Assembly: GCF_964204865.1 (NCBI RefSeq) | Contig: NC_135258.1 | Location: 14,074,001 to 14,138,000, forward strand | Length of the DNA: 64,000 bases | Direction of reading: 5' to 3' | Source of the DNA: Styela clava | Taxonomy: Eukaryota | Shown here: piece after piece, positions 24,956 to 41,155 of the stretch | Layout of the letters: the number at the start of each line of letters is the position of its first letter | How positions within the stretch are numbered: position 1 is the first letter of the stretch | The notes under the pieces: generated by a model | What the model was told of the DNA's origin: nothing | What the model saw: only the letters and a program-made list of their open reading frames with translations | Database searches by the model: none | Position numbers and translations under genes: made by a program

Positions 24956-27900
24956 TCCGCTGCGAAGCTCGAAGAATTTCAATAATTTTTATTTTCTGTT
25001 GCTCGCTTAGATCACACTCGAAGAAAATCAAATTTTGATAGTATATATTTTTTATCGCTTACAGCTGTGCGTGCTGGCGTATATTCTAGAAATACAATCT
25101 AAAATTGCTGTAGCTATTAAACAATAAAATTGTTAGGTTGCAATATCGAATCTATTTCACACATCAGTATTTCATATTTAAGTAAGCTAAAATACATATA
25201 TATATTATAAATTTAAAATCTCCATCAATTATCAATAAGTTAACAGCATTACTATAACACAAACCTGCACATTCCAACTAAAGTGTTATATACACACGCT
25301 GATAAATAAGAAAAAGACGATTGTTCGCGTCATGGACTTTCATATAGTTTTACGCCTGGGGCGGTGTAACCTACACACGAATTTGAGTCTTAGTGAATTA
25401 AAACTAACGCGAAAAAATCATTGCAGTTTGAGATAATTACCAGTATTCAGGAATCGGTATAACTTTCTTTTCGTATCAATTACCGATTATTATTATCATA
25501 GATTAAAACACAATGGAAATCATTTCGATTCTGCGATAAATTGATTTGTTTTAGAAATAATTCGGAATATCACTAGTGATTAACTGAATAATGCCTCAAT
25601 CAAGGCGTTGTCGTCGGACCCGTAAGAAGTCTCGCGAGCGTTCTCAGACGAGAGTCACCAAGTGCTAATCACTAATCACTGCTAAATACATAAGTAACAA
25701 ATGCAATGGCAATGTTACTGGAGATATTTTGAAATCATTGCAGACCAATAACAGCTACCTTATTCCAAATCCAAAGCTATTTATGTATACCAAGCATATA
25801 AGTTAAAATTGGTTTTTACTAGTCCCTGTCATTAGTGTAAAAACAATTACGCACTTGGTGTGAATATGAGCAATTTTTTAATTTTTCTTCGCTCTTTTGT
25901 GCCAATTGTATAGTATCAAACCTAAGAAAAAAATGACGTTGTTTAAGGTTACTCCCTACTGTTTGTAATATTTATAGCAATTCAATGATATCTCCTGCCA
26001 ATAAAAGCAGTTCCTGACCCTCATTGTAACTCTCATCAATCTTATTAACAATCGGACAGTCTTGACTACTGATTCGAGGTTATAACTTTGCTTGGAATGA
26101 ATGAATGAACAGACAAATAAATATATTGTGAACCGATCTAAATTATATACGGTATCTCATTATCGTGGTTATCAAGAGCGATTCATCAATACAATTTTTT
26201 ATGTCCAGTCAAGTTGGTAATAACTTAACATACACAGATTTTATTTTGATTCCTTGATACTGTTTGAACTTATTTTGTGTCATAGCGCTGTTATTTTTAA
26301 TCGAACTACAGATAAAATACAATTCCAATTTACAAATGCTGTTGTTGTTTTTTATATTTTGTCTGACGAGGATTTCGTATAAGATACTTAACAAACTGAA
26401 ACAAAAATTAAATTTTCAATAAGAAACAAGTCTATTTGTTGTTTATACGTGGGATCATGATTTAGCAGTACTAAAGATCTCAAAAATCACCCTCTTCGAA
26501 AACGTTTTTTGACTGATTCAGCGATTCTGTTCTACAACGACTTAACATGATTATATGTTTTAGATCCGCCAAGTTCGTTGTATACCATAATTAAAATTTT
26601 CTTGGTTTTAAGGAGGTGTTTACAAACTTCCCACAAGAGCATAATGTCGCTGTTTGGAGAACTTATACTGAAAATGATTTAGCATAAAACCTATGTTTCA
26701 TTACACCTTTATGTTTTTGTCATCTATTACGAACAAATAAATGTGGATATGATGATATGATCCCCTCCGTGACGTCATCAAGTTCAAGAGTCCAAGAGAT
26801 TCCGTCCGCGACACAGTATTAATTTGTCAAAGCGCAAAGTTAAAAACAAAGTTTTTTATAATTCGTCATTAAACCTTGCGTTGTTGCTGACGCAGAGAAC
26901 GAAGTATTTGTTTACGTCGTTTGCAGACCTCGCGAAGTTTCCGTGATTCGTGTCGTGATAAATTGTTTCCCGGAAGCAATATATATTTGCCAAAATGTCC
27001 CTGTTACTTATTCTATGTGTTGACCCAAGTAAAAATAATCCTTACATTTCCCTTGGCATTCTAATTTTAATTTCCTTGTCATGGTGAATAACCAAATGTG
27101 TAATCAACGTTTTCGTTTCTAATGATGAACAACTGTAGAGATAGGACTTCTTCTGATTTTTTTTCTGTCGAAATGTTCTTATCTTTGCTTATTTTACTTA
27201 TTTACTGTAACGGATTTCGTTGCGTTCAATTTAACAACTCGTTTCGTCACAATTAGAATATTTTTTTTTAAATTTAATACTCAATTGACTGTACAAAATT
27301 TACTACAATATAACCATTAAAAATGCGAATTTTGGAGTGAACAGAATAAATTAAACGACACCATTGCACGCAGAAAAATTTTCAAAAAATGAATGAATAC
27401 TTCCGACTGTATACAGTGGTTTTAGGCAAAAATCGAAATCTTATATCACTTTAAATCGAGGAGATTATGTTGTTTCAAGTGCTTCATAGTGCGTGAGACA
27501 TTGAAATAGTGACAATTACGTACTCGCGTGAAATAGGAAATAAAAGAAATTTATGACACCCGCAATTAAACATGAACATGAGTGAATTATTTGAAGTGAT
27601 GATGACTCTTAGTAGCGAGTTTAACGAAGATTTTCATTACCGGTAATTTATTTTCTTCTTATATTAAACCGGACATGACACATCAAACCGAAAATTGATA
27701 ACCACTCAGGACATTTTCGTAATTAAGTAGAGGCGTGTATAAAAAATGGGCGTGTACAATGTCGTTTCAAACTAGAAAACTCATGCAATCGAAGTTTGAC
27801 GTCATGTCCGGATCGATTTTAAGTTATCACGTCAATTTAGTTAACGATAGAGAATATTGAAGATGGATAAGACAATCAATACGAATTTTATTTTAGTCTG

Positions 27901-30900
27901 TTTTATTATCTAACTGTATGCAGCAAAACACCAACTACGTTCTTAAAATAGAACATACAACGATGAATAACGTTATACTATCTGCCTAATTGACTCATAA
28001 GAATAGTCACAAACGGAATTCTCAAGAGCGTTTATGAGTTGCGTTAACTTGTATCAGCCTGGCTTATACATGGATAAGATACAATTTCAGTTACTCACGA
28101 TTATATTACTTCTTCTAATTCCACACACTAATGGATGGCAGCTCTCGTTCTAAATCACCCTTTTAACTGATTTTTATCTGATGTACATATACGTATATAG
28201 GATACTGACCATATAGAAATTACTACTATTTTTTTCTTCATTTTTTTCTCGATTTAGATTTTTTTCTTCTACGATTGCTCACAAGATATTCTCATATCAC
28301 GGACATAAATTAGAATAAAAATAACGAAAAATCGTTCTATTAAGTTTAACCACAAATAAAATTTATAAAATATTGAATTATTAACACAATTGCAACCAGC
28401 GAAGCGTCATTTTATGTTACCAAAATTTCGCAATAAATAAGCCATTAAGACACCTTATTAAGAAAAGTTTATTTTATTGCATGGACCATGATTTAAATTT
28501 ACGAAAACGCTTCAACTGTTCAATGCTTCCATGAAAAGTCAATTTAATTTTTACCGGAAAACAAGTCCTCTCGCATTTAAACGAATAATAGCGCTTAAAA
28601 ATCTTTGTTTTTAAACTCCGAATAAATCATATTGCTGTATTTATCCTTTCTGATAATTTTTTATTTTTCTTGAAATTTAAAATTCCACTGACATTTTTAC
28701 TAAGATAAACATTTCCTCTTTTAAATCGTCATCACGAAAACGTGCACGTTTAAAAATAGTCAAAGCTTCTTATGCTTTTATGATGTAAATCTGTTTGTGA
28801 AATTGTATATAACAGAGGTTATGTTTTTTTAAACTGTTTGGTATGCATATCGGGAGTTTAAGAGTATTTTTATCAGAATCCCATGCTTTCTTGAAAATAG
28901 ATCATGAATTCAATTTTTACAAAATTTTACTCCGTAAATTTTAGTTTTCGCATGTGGTTCTTGAGGCAACTTTTAATTATTTAATGAGTAGTGTGTGGTA
29001 GTTACTTAGTACTTAAAGTGTGTTCAAATTCAATTTAGAAATATTTTTACTCTTAACTTACAATTAAAGTTGTTCTTGCGATTATTGCATTCTTTTATTA
29101 TCACGTGGGATATCATCAGTGACCAATATGAATTTTACGACAAATATCTTTTTTATTCAATTCAAAGCATCCAACTCTTTTGGTGAACCTACTATTTTAT
29201 TCCAAACAAGATACCATCACATTTGAGGATGCCACCTAAACTGGCGTTAATTTAAATCTTTTGAAGAGAAATAATGAACGTTTGAATGACAGAACAGGCG
29301 CTTCGGTTTTATAAACATATTTCACAATGATACTATGGCCTATTTATCACATTGATCAAACTACATGCTAGCGTTGTAGCTTTACCAGGCCAAGTTATTT
29401 ACTTCAACTCTGGATTTAGGTATGCTGTATTGAAAATTAGAGTTGATTGTGCCTGGACGCTTTTATAAAGACTTTTTTTGAAATATCTAGAATAAAAGTC
29501 AACAACATATAGTACTATTATATATAGTGATCCTCTAAACAGTGAATGTTTGTTTACAACTTTCCAGTCCTAGTGTCATCCGTACCACTCGATTTTTCAC
29601 GTAGTATACATGGCGTTAGATCGCAACATTGCGTGTAGGCACTTGACTACCAGTTCAATATAGTTGGTGAAGATCCAAAAACTTATTTGTGAATTGAATT
29701 TGGCATGCTGATTAATACTAACTATTTTCGATTCGTCATGAACCGAGTCGTACCAAGGAAACTTTTTGGAAGATTCAATGTTCGCTTTCAATTTATTGAT
29801 AAGATGACCGCCTCAAATTCAAATATATAACACGATTGTAGTTAGGTTCGCTTGAAATAAAAGTTTTATACAATAATAAATAAAGATTAGCTATGGATCA
29901 AATTCGCCGTTTGCTAATTATTAAATACTACCATATGTGCTGCTGAATTCTTCTATTATTACCCGCTATCTTGCTATCATTACAGATTGTCAAGTGACTA
30001 ATTTTTACGAACAAATTAAAATTATGTAAAAACATGTTTCATACTGACTTAAAATTAAATCACAATACCAACTAGTTATAATCTATCGTGCCTTCTTAAA
30101 ATTTACCAGGTGCCACTTATATATATAGCGTGAATCCACATCAACCTAGTACTATAGCGTGAGTTTCACCGCTGCATTTTCCATATTTAATGGACATTAC
30201 TTATTTCTATCTATTTAATTTATCACGGATCTAATCTAAGGAGGCAAACCTCAGGCTGTATATCTATGGGTAGGCCACATTATGGTGGTAGACCTCACGC
30301 TATAAGTACCATTTACTACACTTTTGACCATGACACAAACTGATGCATACAATAGGATTTGTAGGCGCAAACAGGATACTTCTTTATGTCGTTAGAGGCA
30401 ACTAAACATAAATCGCTTTCATGTTGCAACAGGTGAATCACCGAATTTGCTCAATATTAGAACAGCGTTCAATATTTCTTACACATTTTCTCATTGTCTG
30501 AAATATTCTTTAAATTTATCTAATCGATTCCAAAACAAACTGGATGCACGTTTTCAAACAATACAAAAATACTTCAAGAATTCCCAATTTTGGGCGACAG
30601 TACGTCATGATATCTTACATAAATTTGACACTATTACGTCACTCTTTTGGAAAATGCAGTATTTATAATAGCTACTCTGTGTACTTAAAAGCAAATCAAA
30701 CCTATTTCCACTTCAAACTTAGAAACATTATCGAATTTAAGCGGTTAGTCCACTTTCTAACAGTGTCATCTTCCATATATTCTTATATTCCCACAAAATA
30801 ATTTATAATTCCGCCGAGTATATCTCAACACTGCCGATTATTATAAAGTAGGCTTATTCTTGGAACTAGGTCGGTAGTGTGTATACATACACGTTGCAAT

Positions 30901-33900
30901 ATTTATAAGTATAGACACAACAAAACAAACCAGACGTGGTTCTCATTTTGTAATGCAAACGCGCCAGACTGCAGAAGAAAATGAAATTTTGTTATTGCTC
31001 AATATTAAGGTCTAATCTAATCAATTGAATGTTGCGAACATTGAAAGTATCGCTAATTAAAAATTTCCTGAAGAGAAAAGTTCTTTAACATTTCAAGATG
31101 ATTGAACTATACTTATCCTTCAGCAATTAAGTATTAAATGATCCGATAGCGAAGACAATTTATAGGTTTAGGCCCTTTGTAAAAAAGCTAAACCAAAGTC
31201 AAAATTAAGTTTCGGTGAAAGAATAGAAAAATGAAACTTCATCATTGTGTCAAATTTAGAACCTTAGTAGATATAATAGGTGGAGATTCTGTTTGAGAAA
31301 AAAAAGAATAAATAATAGATTCTATATAACCATATCACATGTCAAAAATGGATGAAAATCCATTGTAAATCACCAACTTAATTATAAATAAAAGCGCATA
31401 TTAGGCTAAGTGAGGTAACGCTTGGCGTTAAAATTTGTACATATCCTGAGAAACTATACACTGCATGCTTGGGATCTGTTCAAACGAATAATTTTAGTAT
31501 TTATAGCATTTGTCGAGACAAAAATTATTCCAATAATTAGCGCACTTCCTGGATTTTTTTACGCGACAAGTTGGCAACATTCGAATGAAAAATGCGCATG
31601 CAACCAGTCAATGGGAACTTTCTAATGACCCATCATGTGTTGAATAGAGGAATCGGTCTGTAACGTATCTAGACATTCTGGCTATTAAATTTAAATTGAA
31701 TCTTTTAAGTTGCATTGTTGCCTTTATGGTTCGCACTCAGAGTGGTGAACGTAAAATTACGTTTTATCGTTGTTGATAAAACCATTTGACAATGGCATCG
31801 TCATGAATATTACATAGTGTAAAGTTATTCGATTTTCTCTAGGGCTACGATTTTAATCTCACGCATATACCATTTCAAAAAATCTAGACCTATCAAATAA
31901 TACTGCAAAAATCGAATAGTCCGTGTATGGTTGGGACATGTGCCACTGGTTTTTGACTATAAAATAAATGGTCGTACCAATATACCCCGAGAAAGGTATA
32001 GTTGAAATTATATTACGCGTACATCTTTATTAACCTGGAACGAGAGATACCCATACAGCACATGCTTTTGTTACCCTGACGGTCGTCATTTTACTATTTC
32101 AAATGAAAAGACATTAACTAAACTTGTCCTTTCCTAGAATTTACTCTGTAGTCCTTTTATAAAAGTTGACTCCAGTTTCTGTATATACGATATATAAACA
32201 TAATAAACAAACAATGGTATCAGACACAACGGCACTCGGTGGCACGATCTAAATTGAATCATAAATTAAAAAGCAACAAAATAGTACCCATAGGGGAGGC
32301 ATTGTTTATTTTGTACAAAATATAGGAGGCCATCGAATGTCAGTTCTAAGCGAGCGACAACATCAATTTTTATGGCAAAAACCAGCCTTTCCCAGCAGAA
32401 ACAAAGGTTGCACAAAGCACATACATAAGTTCTATAATGCCGTCGTTCGATTTATATTTGGTAAAAAGCCTTCCATTGCCTAACGGTACAGGCACACCAG
32501 CTTTTATATTATGCATTTGAGATTTACACAGTCATTGGGTGCATAATATTACAAACGACCTTGCACTCTATTTTAGCCTTTATTAAGCTAAGCTGTCAGG
32601 AGATAAGAACTTAAATATAGATTAAACTATCAAAAGCATAAATTTGCTTACAAAACGCGGAAAAACGTGACATTTTCAAATCTTACAATCAGTTCATTTC
32701 TAAACCAGCTCTGACGCGTTCCTCATTGTTTATCGACAAATGTGTCGTCATCTATAAACGTCAATAGTCCGCCTAATCCGGTCCAAACAAAAAGAAAAAT
32801 AGATTCCTAATTAAGGAGTAATTTGTACTATAATTAGCGATAGCCGATTAATATAAATACAAACTATCTTGGTCGGAAACTTTGATTCAAGTGGGAAAAA
32901 TTTCTCGAGTTTTTGATTTTTCAATTCGTACGATTACTGACAGAAATTTAAAGATGCAATTTTTGTTTCATTTTCCATAAATATATCACACTGCGTTCTG
33001 TTATTAACCGAACCGTTTTTAATCAGTACTGCTACAAAAACAGTGATTTATTTCGATATTTTGAAGAAAAACAATACAAAATACAATCTTACAATTTAAT
33101 TGAACAAATGAATATTATTATTTTTATCAGTATGCGTAATGCGCAATGCTACTTCACGAATCTAAGCCTTTCTTATTTTAGAATCTAAAATTCAGCAACA
33201 TTACGAAAAAATATCAAACTAATTATTTTTTTAACATTACGCTATTCTAAACAGTTTCGCTTCCTAGCATAACGCTATGGCGCACATCCAATTATTGTTA
33301 TAATTAATTGAACGAACAATAAATAGGTCATTCAAATTCAAAGCTTGAGATTCGAATTTCGACTCCATAAAAGTGTCAGAAATTAGTGACTTGTTTATGT
33401 AGGCTATGCCCAAACGCGACACAATAATGCCGTGATTTGATCGGACTCGATTCATCCATATAGCACAACATTTTATAATTTCTGTTACCTTATTTCTTGT
33501 TCAAGTTTTACGTTAGGTTTGTGTACTCTTTGGGTATCGATTCTTAAAATTCGTTCTTGGGAATTTTCCATTGAGTTCATGTTCGAGTTCACGAGGAACA
33601 CTGAAACGAGTAGCAAGAATTTTATATATAAAGTGATGTAATCGAAATACGTAGCAGATTAAATTTGAGGTCACTGATTATCACAAATGGTTGTTTTGAG
33701 CAAATGTATACTCTGTTGTGAAGTAGAGATGCATTAATGGTATATGTAGAAACCTTTACTTTGGACGTGGGGAAACTTCATCGCTGAAATATGTTGTAAT
33801 TGTAACTTTACTTATTGGAATATTACCATGTTAGAGAAATTTATCCAATTATAGAAAAAAAAAATCGATTCATCGTTTCGTGTGTTCTTGAAATATTGAA

Positions 33901-36900
33901 CACGCAGCTCGAGTCGGTGAAGCCAAATGAGTCCATTTAAAAACTTTTGGATAAATGTAACACAATAAATTATGTATATTATCAACAAAAAAGGTTTCCA
34001 TTTTTTGACAATTGCTACCTGATACGAATGCTTAGTGTTTATACTCATATCGTAGCAACGTGCGAAGTCCTATTCCAGAATAATACACAAAGTGCGTTAT
34101 TTATGCGCTTGTCTCTCATAAGAACTTAGGTTTTGTATGCGTTTATGAGTTTTATAATTTCAATTCACATCATGTGTGCTCTATTAGTGAGAAGTCCTTT
34201 TTATTGTAAAATAAAAATATTTCATTCTGAGAACATAACTTGGACTCGATAAATCCCAATGGAATAAACACAAAATCCTATATGTTTCGCATAAGTAACT
34301 TGTTACACCTCTGGAAACGAATGAATATAAATTGTGACGTGTAAAATAAACAACTCAAAGTTGTTAAACATCAATTGTTATCAGCAATGACGATCAATAA
34401 AGTTATTCCCGTCGATCATACCTCGGGGCAACATACTCAACTTACTCCGTTGAATATGGAACCACATTATGGTGTAATTTCGTAGCATTTACTTGCTCGA
34501 CGAAACCAGTAAGGCGACACATCCTAAGATGCTAAGATCAGATTATTTACAGCATTCAATTGTTCAATAATTGTTTTCGCACGAGTATGTATATTGTTCA
34601 CATCACAAATAATATGTGTATATTTATAAATAAAGTGTTTAAATTATATTTAATTGCCAAGCATTTTCATATATATAACCCTCCATCTGTAATCATTCTA
34701 AATACGAACACTTTGCATATTTTACTTTCACTTACATGGTTACCTAACAATATAGTATGTATAAAACACTTTTATATGGGCTATAGAACAATATATATCT
34801 CAATCCAATTACCGTCGAGAATAAATTGATATACAAATTAAATATCGACATGACGTCATCATTTACTAGTTGGTTCAGCGTTGGCGAAAGTAATATGGAT
34901 ATATTATCTGCAATATTTATAATGCTTCTTTAATTTACAGCACCTGATCAATGTTCTTTAACCCATGGCTAATATTTAGATTGTCCACAATAGCATTTTC
35001 ATATTTGTTTTTGCATGTCCCAGTCTGCGACCGGCGAAGCGCATTAAATATGTCATTCACCTGTTTGAATGCACTCTTTGGATTCTGAAAAAAATAAATT
35101 GATAAATATTTTATCATGGTTGCTATTTTAGTATTCAGGCAAAATTCATCCGCGTATAATTTCGTAAACGATCATAGTAAATGACGCTGTGTTTTGTTTT
35201 TGAGATCACGAAGATATTTTGTGCAATTACGCCATGTTTGTGTAAATGAATGTTGAATATTCCAGATGATTTAGTAATCCAAATGATCAAACTTAGAAAA
35301 AAAAATCTCTTTTGATTGAGCAAACATTGAAATTTTTTTGCATATTTTTCATTTCCCTAATGAAGTATTTAAAAGGGGGTGTTTTGGTGGAAAATACGCA
35401 TGCACCAATATTATCCATATATGCTTTTTTTTTCGATGAATGAACCAGGTTTCAGGCAGCCATTGTCTAACGTGAACTTGGGGTTTTTACCCAATTCCCA
35501 AATGGGTTCAAATTTTTTGTCAAACTTTTTTCATGTTAATCAATGAATAAATATTCTAAAAATGATACAGCAATGTAATATAACACAGAGGCATCAAGCC
35601 CGATGATGTATAATATGCGATAATTTTGTATAAAATCGCTCGTGTGATTGTTTGTGGATGTTTATTTTCTATTTCATAGAAAACTAATTAAACCAACTAA
35701 ATGCCATCAAAATGAAAGTAATGTAATGTTTTACTCTTTAATGCATAGTTGTGTGGCGTTATCGAATAATCGCCTCGGGGTTTGTATGGCATTTTATCGC
35801 AAATTAACAACTATAAATATCTATCTATAACTTTTTATAACGCTCGTACTTGGTATATCACGAAATTGTCATTAGAAGAAAACATGAAAACTGTCCAGCA
35901 CACACCAAATGACAATTTTATTGCGTTTTTTGCATTAGCCTCTCGTTTAATTCAAAACAAAAGTTTATTAATTATTGTCGCTTTATAGCGAAATTTTATA
36001 CATCATTCCATCTAATTTGTTAGAATTATCTTCTGTCAAATGTAATTTGGCAATCGTCAAATTAAAATCTTCGTAGATCCCGTTTCCACGATTGTATTTG
36101 TCCTGTTTTCCAATTCAATTTTTATTTTGACCTTTCAACCAATCGTAAGACTTGGGTGTACCGTGTATTACACGATAGGGCATCTTCAGCACATAATATT
36201 TTTTCCATACCACCGTGCGGTGTATTTTCAATCCAGAAGAATTTTATATTGTAGATTATCGGTTTTATTCTATATAAGGATGGTATAAATATGTAAGTCA
36301 AATATCCTTGGATTATTTTAAAGATAGCTGAAGAAGGGCTTTAAAAATTGTGAAACCTATAATTCTAATCTGCGAATTGCAATGCTCGAATACATAATTA
36401 TTTATGCTTCAATTTTTGAAAGGCTTGTTTGTAAATTATGGCTTCGTTGACGTTGTCCGCCTCACATGACCTTGATCTCGTGACAGCCATGTTACCAAAA
36501 ATAAAACATAATTTTGATGTATAGACTTTACGTAATCAGGTTTCGATATTGTGCATTATATATTCACTAATTTAAAATAAGAATGTACTGAGTCCCAATG
36601 TCCGACCAACTGTTGGAAATCTTTTCTGCCAATATCGACTAAGTTTTTCACACAGTATCTCATGTCCAGGGCCTCTGATAACTTTTTGCTTCTGAAAGTA
36701 TAATTCCATTTTGTCTCAGAGCAAATGAGAAAAACAACGTATAAGTTGAGTGAAATTAGGCATTTTTTTCTTGTAGATTTTAAATGCTGATGGTAAAATG
36801 TTCGAATAAAAGTTAATTATCAATCGTTATTATAAAAAAAAAGTGTTTTAGTGACACAATTAGCGTGGGCACTAATCTGATTAACTCCACTTTTTAGCAT

Positions 36901-39900
36901 GTGATGTTTTGTATTCGAAGAATTGATGTAAATACAACCCGGATATAAAATGCCTGTGGCTGAGATTGCGTCTCTCTAGCGATAATTTAAAATCAGTATG
37001 TTCACTTTTAACTGCGCAAAAAAATAAATGTAATTGCACAACAATTCATAACACACATTTACTAAATATTTAGAGTTACAATTGATCCGTACTGTATCAC
37101 ATATTATTTATTTATTATATAACTATAAATATACATTAGCATATAAAAAGTGCATGCTTTTTCAGGAGGTTATAATTTTCTGTTGAGTTGTGTTCTGTTA
37201 AATTGGTTTAGCTTACACTGGTCATTTTCAAGGTCACTGTGTCAGTTATGACCAACAACACGACTATGTTTCATTGTTTTCGATTGTATCGAACGGATGT
37301 GTTCACAATGACGCATCATTTTGTTCCAAATAAACGTTGTTATTATGTATATGATTTTTGATGTTGTCTTACAAAATAAATTCTTACATAAATGAACTTC
37401 TATGAAGTTGGTTGTAGTATGTTAATATTTATGAAACGTAATACCAGGTGCAGTCATGTAAGTTTTTGTAATAAGTCGGATATTTTCTTCCTCCTTCCGA
37501 AGATTATGTTTACGTGTTTTGACAATTGCATTTAATCGACACCGATTTAAAAAATGGTTAAAATTGAAGTATGTAAATATTGTAATAACTCTGTCGGAAC
37601 ATAACTACAAGACGTTGACTACAGACAACTTTAGCGCCACAGTGCTCCCAGCTTAGGTCTCAAGCAGTAATCTGCATTTCCATGGCTCACATGTTGCAAG
37701 ATTGTCGTATTACATAGAAAAAGGTTACTTGATCCTATAGCAGCGAATAATTTGTATTCAATTTTCTCAATCAATGAATTGCGCTTCATAAAATAAAATT
37801 TCATACTTTTACTACTACGACAATGACAAATATATCTATAAATAATTCAGGCTAGTGTCCATTGAATCTACGCCATTGAAAATAGCCAATTGCTCAATAG
37901 AAAATGGTTACTTCCTGTTAAAGGTGGGGAATCACGCAAACATTTTTGTAGCAAATTTGATTCTATATAATTTATCAAGATTTTTGGCGTTTACCGTTTG
38001 CATAAAATGGACTTCGTTTGCGAGACTCGTATTTTTAAAAGTCGACCCTGCCGAAATTGAACGCAAATTAGTATGTCCCGTTGATGACGTAGTGGTGAGA
38101 ACTAGTCGGCGAAACTTTGCATTAGGTCAAAGGCAATTATAGCATTCTGTGTACTCATTTTGAACCATGTGCTAGTTCTATTGGGCGGCGCATTTGGAGG
38201 AAGCTTTTGTGATTTAAATCAATACCAATATCTTTAAATAATATTATTGCATTATGAGAAATTGCAGTAAACTCAACTAATCGAGGTCAAGACGTACTCG
38301 AGTTCTGTGCCGCACCTTTCGCTGCAATATATTTTCTAGTGAAAAAGCGCATACCAGGCCATTTTTTGTCTCAAATGATCTAGATTTTATAATTCATGTG
38401 TGTTTACTCTGCTTATCTGATCCTATAACTAGTCTTTTTATTATATTTTCGGTATATATAAACTAACTGACTGTACCGGTATATGCGCGAACACTACCGT
38501 AACGTATGGAATGTGTAGTTGGTGGTTACAGCAGATTTCACAGGGATGGATCTGTCTTGAAGCAAAAAAAAGAAGGAGAAAATTATGGATAAAATTTTCG
38601 CAAGTAACTATTTCTGATGTCTCTCCATGGAACTAAAAGAAGACCTCTGAGTCGAAGGATCGTTTCACCCTTAAAATTATGTTGGGATCCATGCAAACTT
38701 CTACCCACAGCTCGAAACAACAATACTTCACGCAGTTATTCAAATCAGTTTTTATTTATTTTTAGCATTTTATTACAAGTTTTTATCATATGTAATTCAT
38801 TCATGCCAATAAATGTGTTGTCACGAATCTCCATTAGTTGATCGATAACAGCTGGACTGTGTTGTTAATAGCAGAGTGCACTGGAAAACGAAGTATACAA
38901 ATTAAATTGATAGAACTGACATAAAAAAAAGGATAATATCACCAGACAGCTTAGTAAGGTTCAACATACAAAAGTGTTTTGTTGCATAATAATGTGAAAT
39001 GAATATAAAAAAAACTGGGACATTATTGGGATTCTACGTTTATCTGGTACCGGTAGTAGACTTTTGGTAAATGTACAAATTGGCGATTTGAATTGGTTCA
39101 TACAAAAGTGTGACTGGGTATCATCATGCTTTGACTAAATATTTTATTAAACAGTCGATAAACGAAATAAAGGGTAAATACTTACTCTAGAATCAGTTCT
39201 TCAAAGCCTCCTAACGTACCGGATCATTACATAAAACGCCGTGGCTTGATCCCATCACATTCAGAACTTCTTATGTATTAGCATTTATGCTTAACAATAC
39301 ATTATTGTTTCAATCTTTATTAAACTAAGCGATGAGAAACTAGATTTAAACGCCAAAAACAGAGGTTGAACACCTTACCCGCCAATGGCGAGGGAGCTAC
39401 TTTCTGAAATGAGTTCTCACTACTACGTCATCAAAGGCCGTTTCCGAACCTGGGTCGATTTTCTTTGAAGCGGTTTTTAAAAATTCATAAGTAGAAAACT
39501 AAGTCCACTTTATGCAAGCGGTGAACGTTAAAAATCTTAAAAAAAATATATAGAATCAAATTTTCCACAAAAATGTTTGCGCAATAACCCACCTTTAATG
39601 TCGACGACACTGATTCAGAGTTATAAATATAAGAAGCCACTATGGGACTAGGCAGCACATTGGAGCCTGTAAGGTCGACGGGTTCTCTAGTCTTTGTCTG
39701 GTATTAGACCCACCATTTTATTTTTAAACGCAAGCGACAATATCTCGCCAAAGAACCAAAAGTTCTGGACAATTCACGGAGTCAGAGATCTTGTTTTTTT
39801 TCCGAAACCTGATTTTCAGATGACATCGAATCTATTGGAACATTATCTAAAATAAAAATATTTGTTAGATTTGATATTGTCTGCCTTAATTTGGATATTT

Positions 39901-39921
39901 ACATTTCTTTATTGTTTAGAG

Positions 39922-41126
39922 CAGGGGTCACCAACCCGTTGTCCGTGGGCAACAAGTCGCCTGCGACGACCACATGAGTCGCCCGCATGACTGTTCCAAA
40001 ATAAGCATAATAACGGCGCTTATAAGTAAGCTACATCAATTAATTTTTGTCACGCTATTCTTGTATAAACCGCAATTATGTCTGTATGTGGGAACTGACA
40101 CTATGGTAATTATTATTATTGTAACGATCATCCTGCTTAGTATTTGACCTCAGTAATGTGACGGGTCATTCAATACTCTCCCAATTATGACATCACAGAT
40201 GTCACCTTCCACGAACCCGCGTTTTTTCTTGTCCGTTTATTTGGGAAGCAGCAATAATACAGTTAATAATTTCAAAGAAAAATGACAGAAAACCGAAAGG
40301 AAACCTACCATTTTCACGATGAGTGGGGGATGAATTTTTCTTTACCACCTTGCGTATGTCTAATTTGCGGGGCGATTATAGTAACGACAAAGAGGAGAGA
40401 TATTTCACATCTTGTCACTATCCATTGGTCAGCGCAGTAAGGGCAGAAAAAGCTCGCCTTTTAAATCAAACAGCAATCCTATTTCACGAGACCAGTGTTT
40501 GGTTCAAGCTATCTTTGTGAATCAACATTTTTTGACATGAAATTCACCAGGAACTAAACACGGACCACGCCTCACTGATGAAAATCTGCAAGACTCGCTC
40601 AGAGTTACAGTGTCAAGTTACACGCCGGAGTACAACACACTGGTGGAGAAGCATTAGACCAAATTTGTTTGATTTTAGTTTTCTCCTTGTTTAAAACAAG
40701 ATATTCCTAATTAGTTAAATGTGTTTGTAAATTTAACATTTAACAGTACAGCTGTTAAGTTCATTTTATCTTAGGCTTATGCAGGGTGTTTGTAAAAACG
40801 CAGGTACATTGTGAACCTGTGGTGTGGTTTTCGAGGATATTATTGTAGTGATAACTTTGAAAAACAATCAGTTTGAAAATGGATAGTGATTTGTTTGCTA
40901 CGTTGAGATGATAATCGTTTGCTACGTTGAGATGATAATCGTTTGATTTCCTGAAGAATCCTAAAGTTTATCAGTGTTTTTACTCGACTAAATACCAGTA
41001 ATTATCAATAATTGAAGCTTAATCGAGCGAATTGACTTTTTTGGAATTGTGCATTGAACTGGTAGCCCTCGGCTCAATCTGTACTCAGAAAGTATCCCTC
41101 GACTTCGAAAAGGTTGGTGACCCCTG
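39922..41126 (+). mobile_element. Non-autonomous hAT (Charlie/Buster) element
   Basis: TIRs CAGGGGTCACCAACC/GGTTGGTGACCCCTG and a perfect 8-bp TSD GTTTAGAG. Internal remnant MTENRKETYHFHDEW...EFFFT of a Charlie-type transposase N-terminus. Confidence 0.92.
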
Positions 41127-41155
41127 GTTTAGAGATTGCAGGGAACTGTTGTGAC

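Noticed and set aside
34935-35090. Minus-strand acceptor-like TTTTTTCAG followed by a short open frame (NPKSAFKQ...)
   Set aside because: No recognisable domain and no partner exons found.
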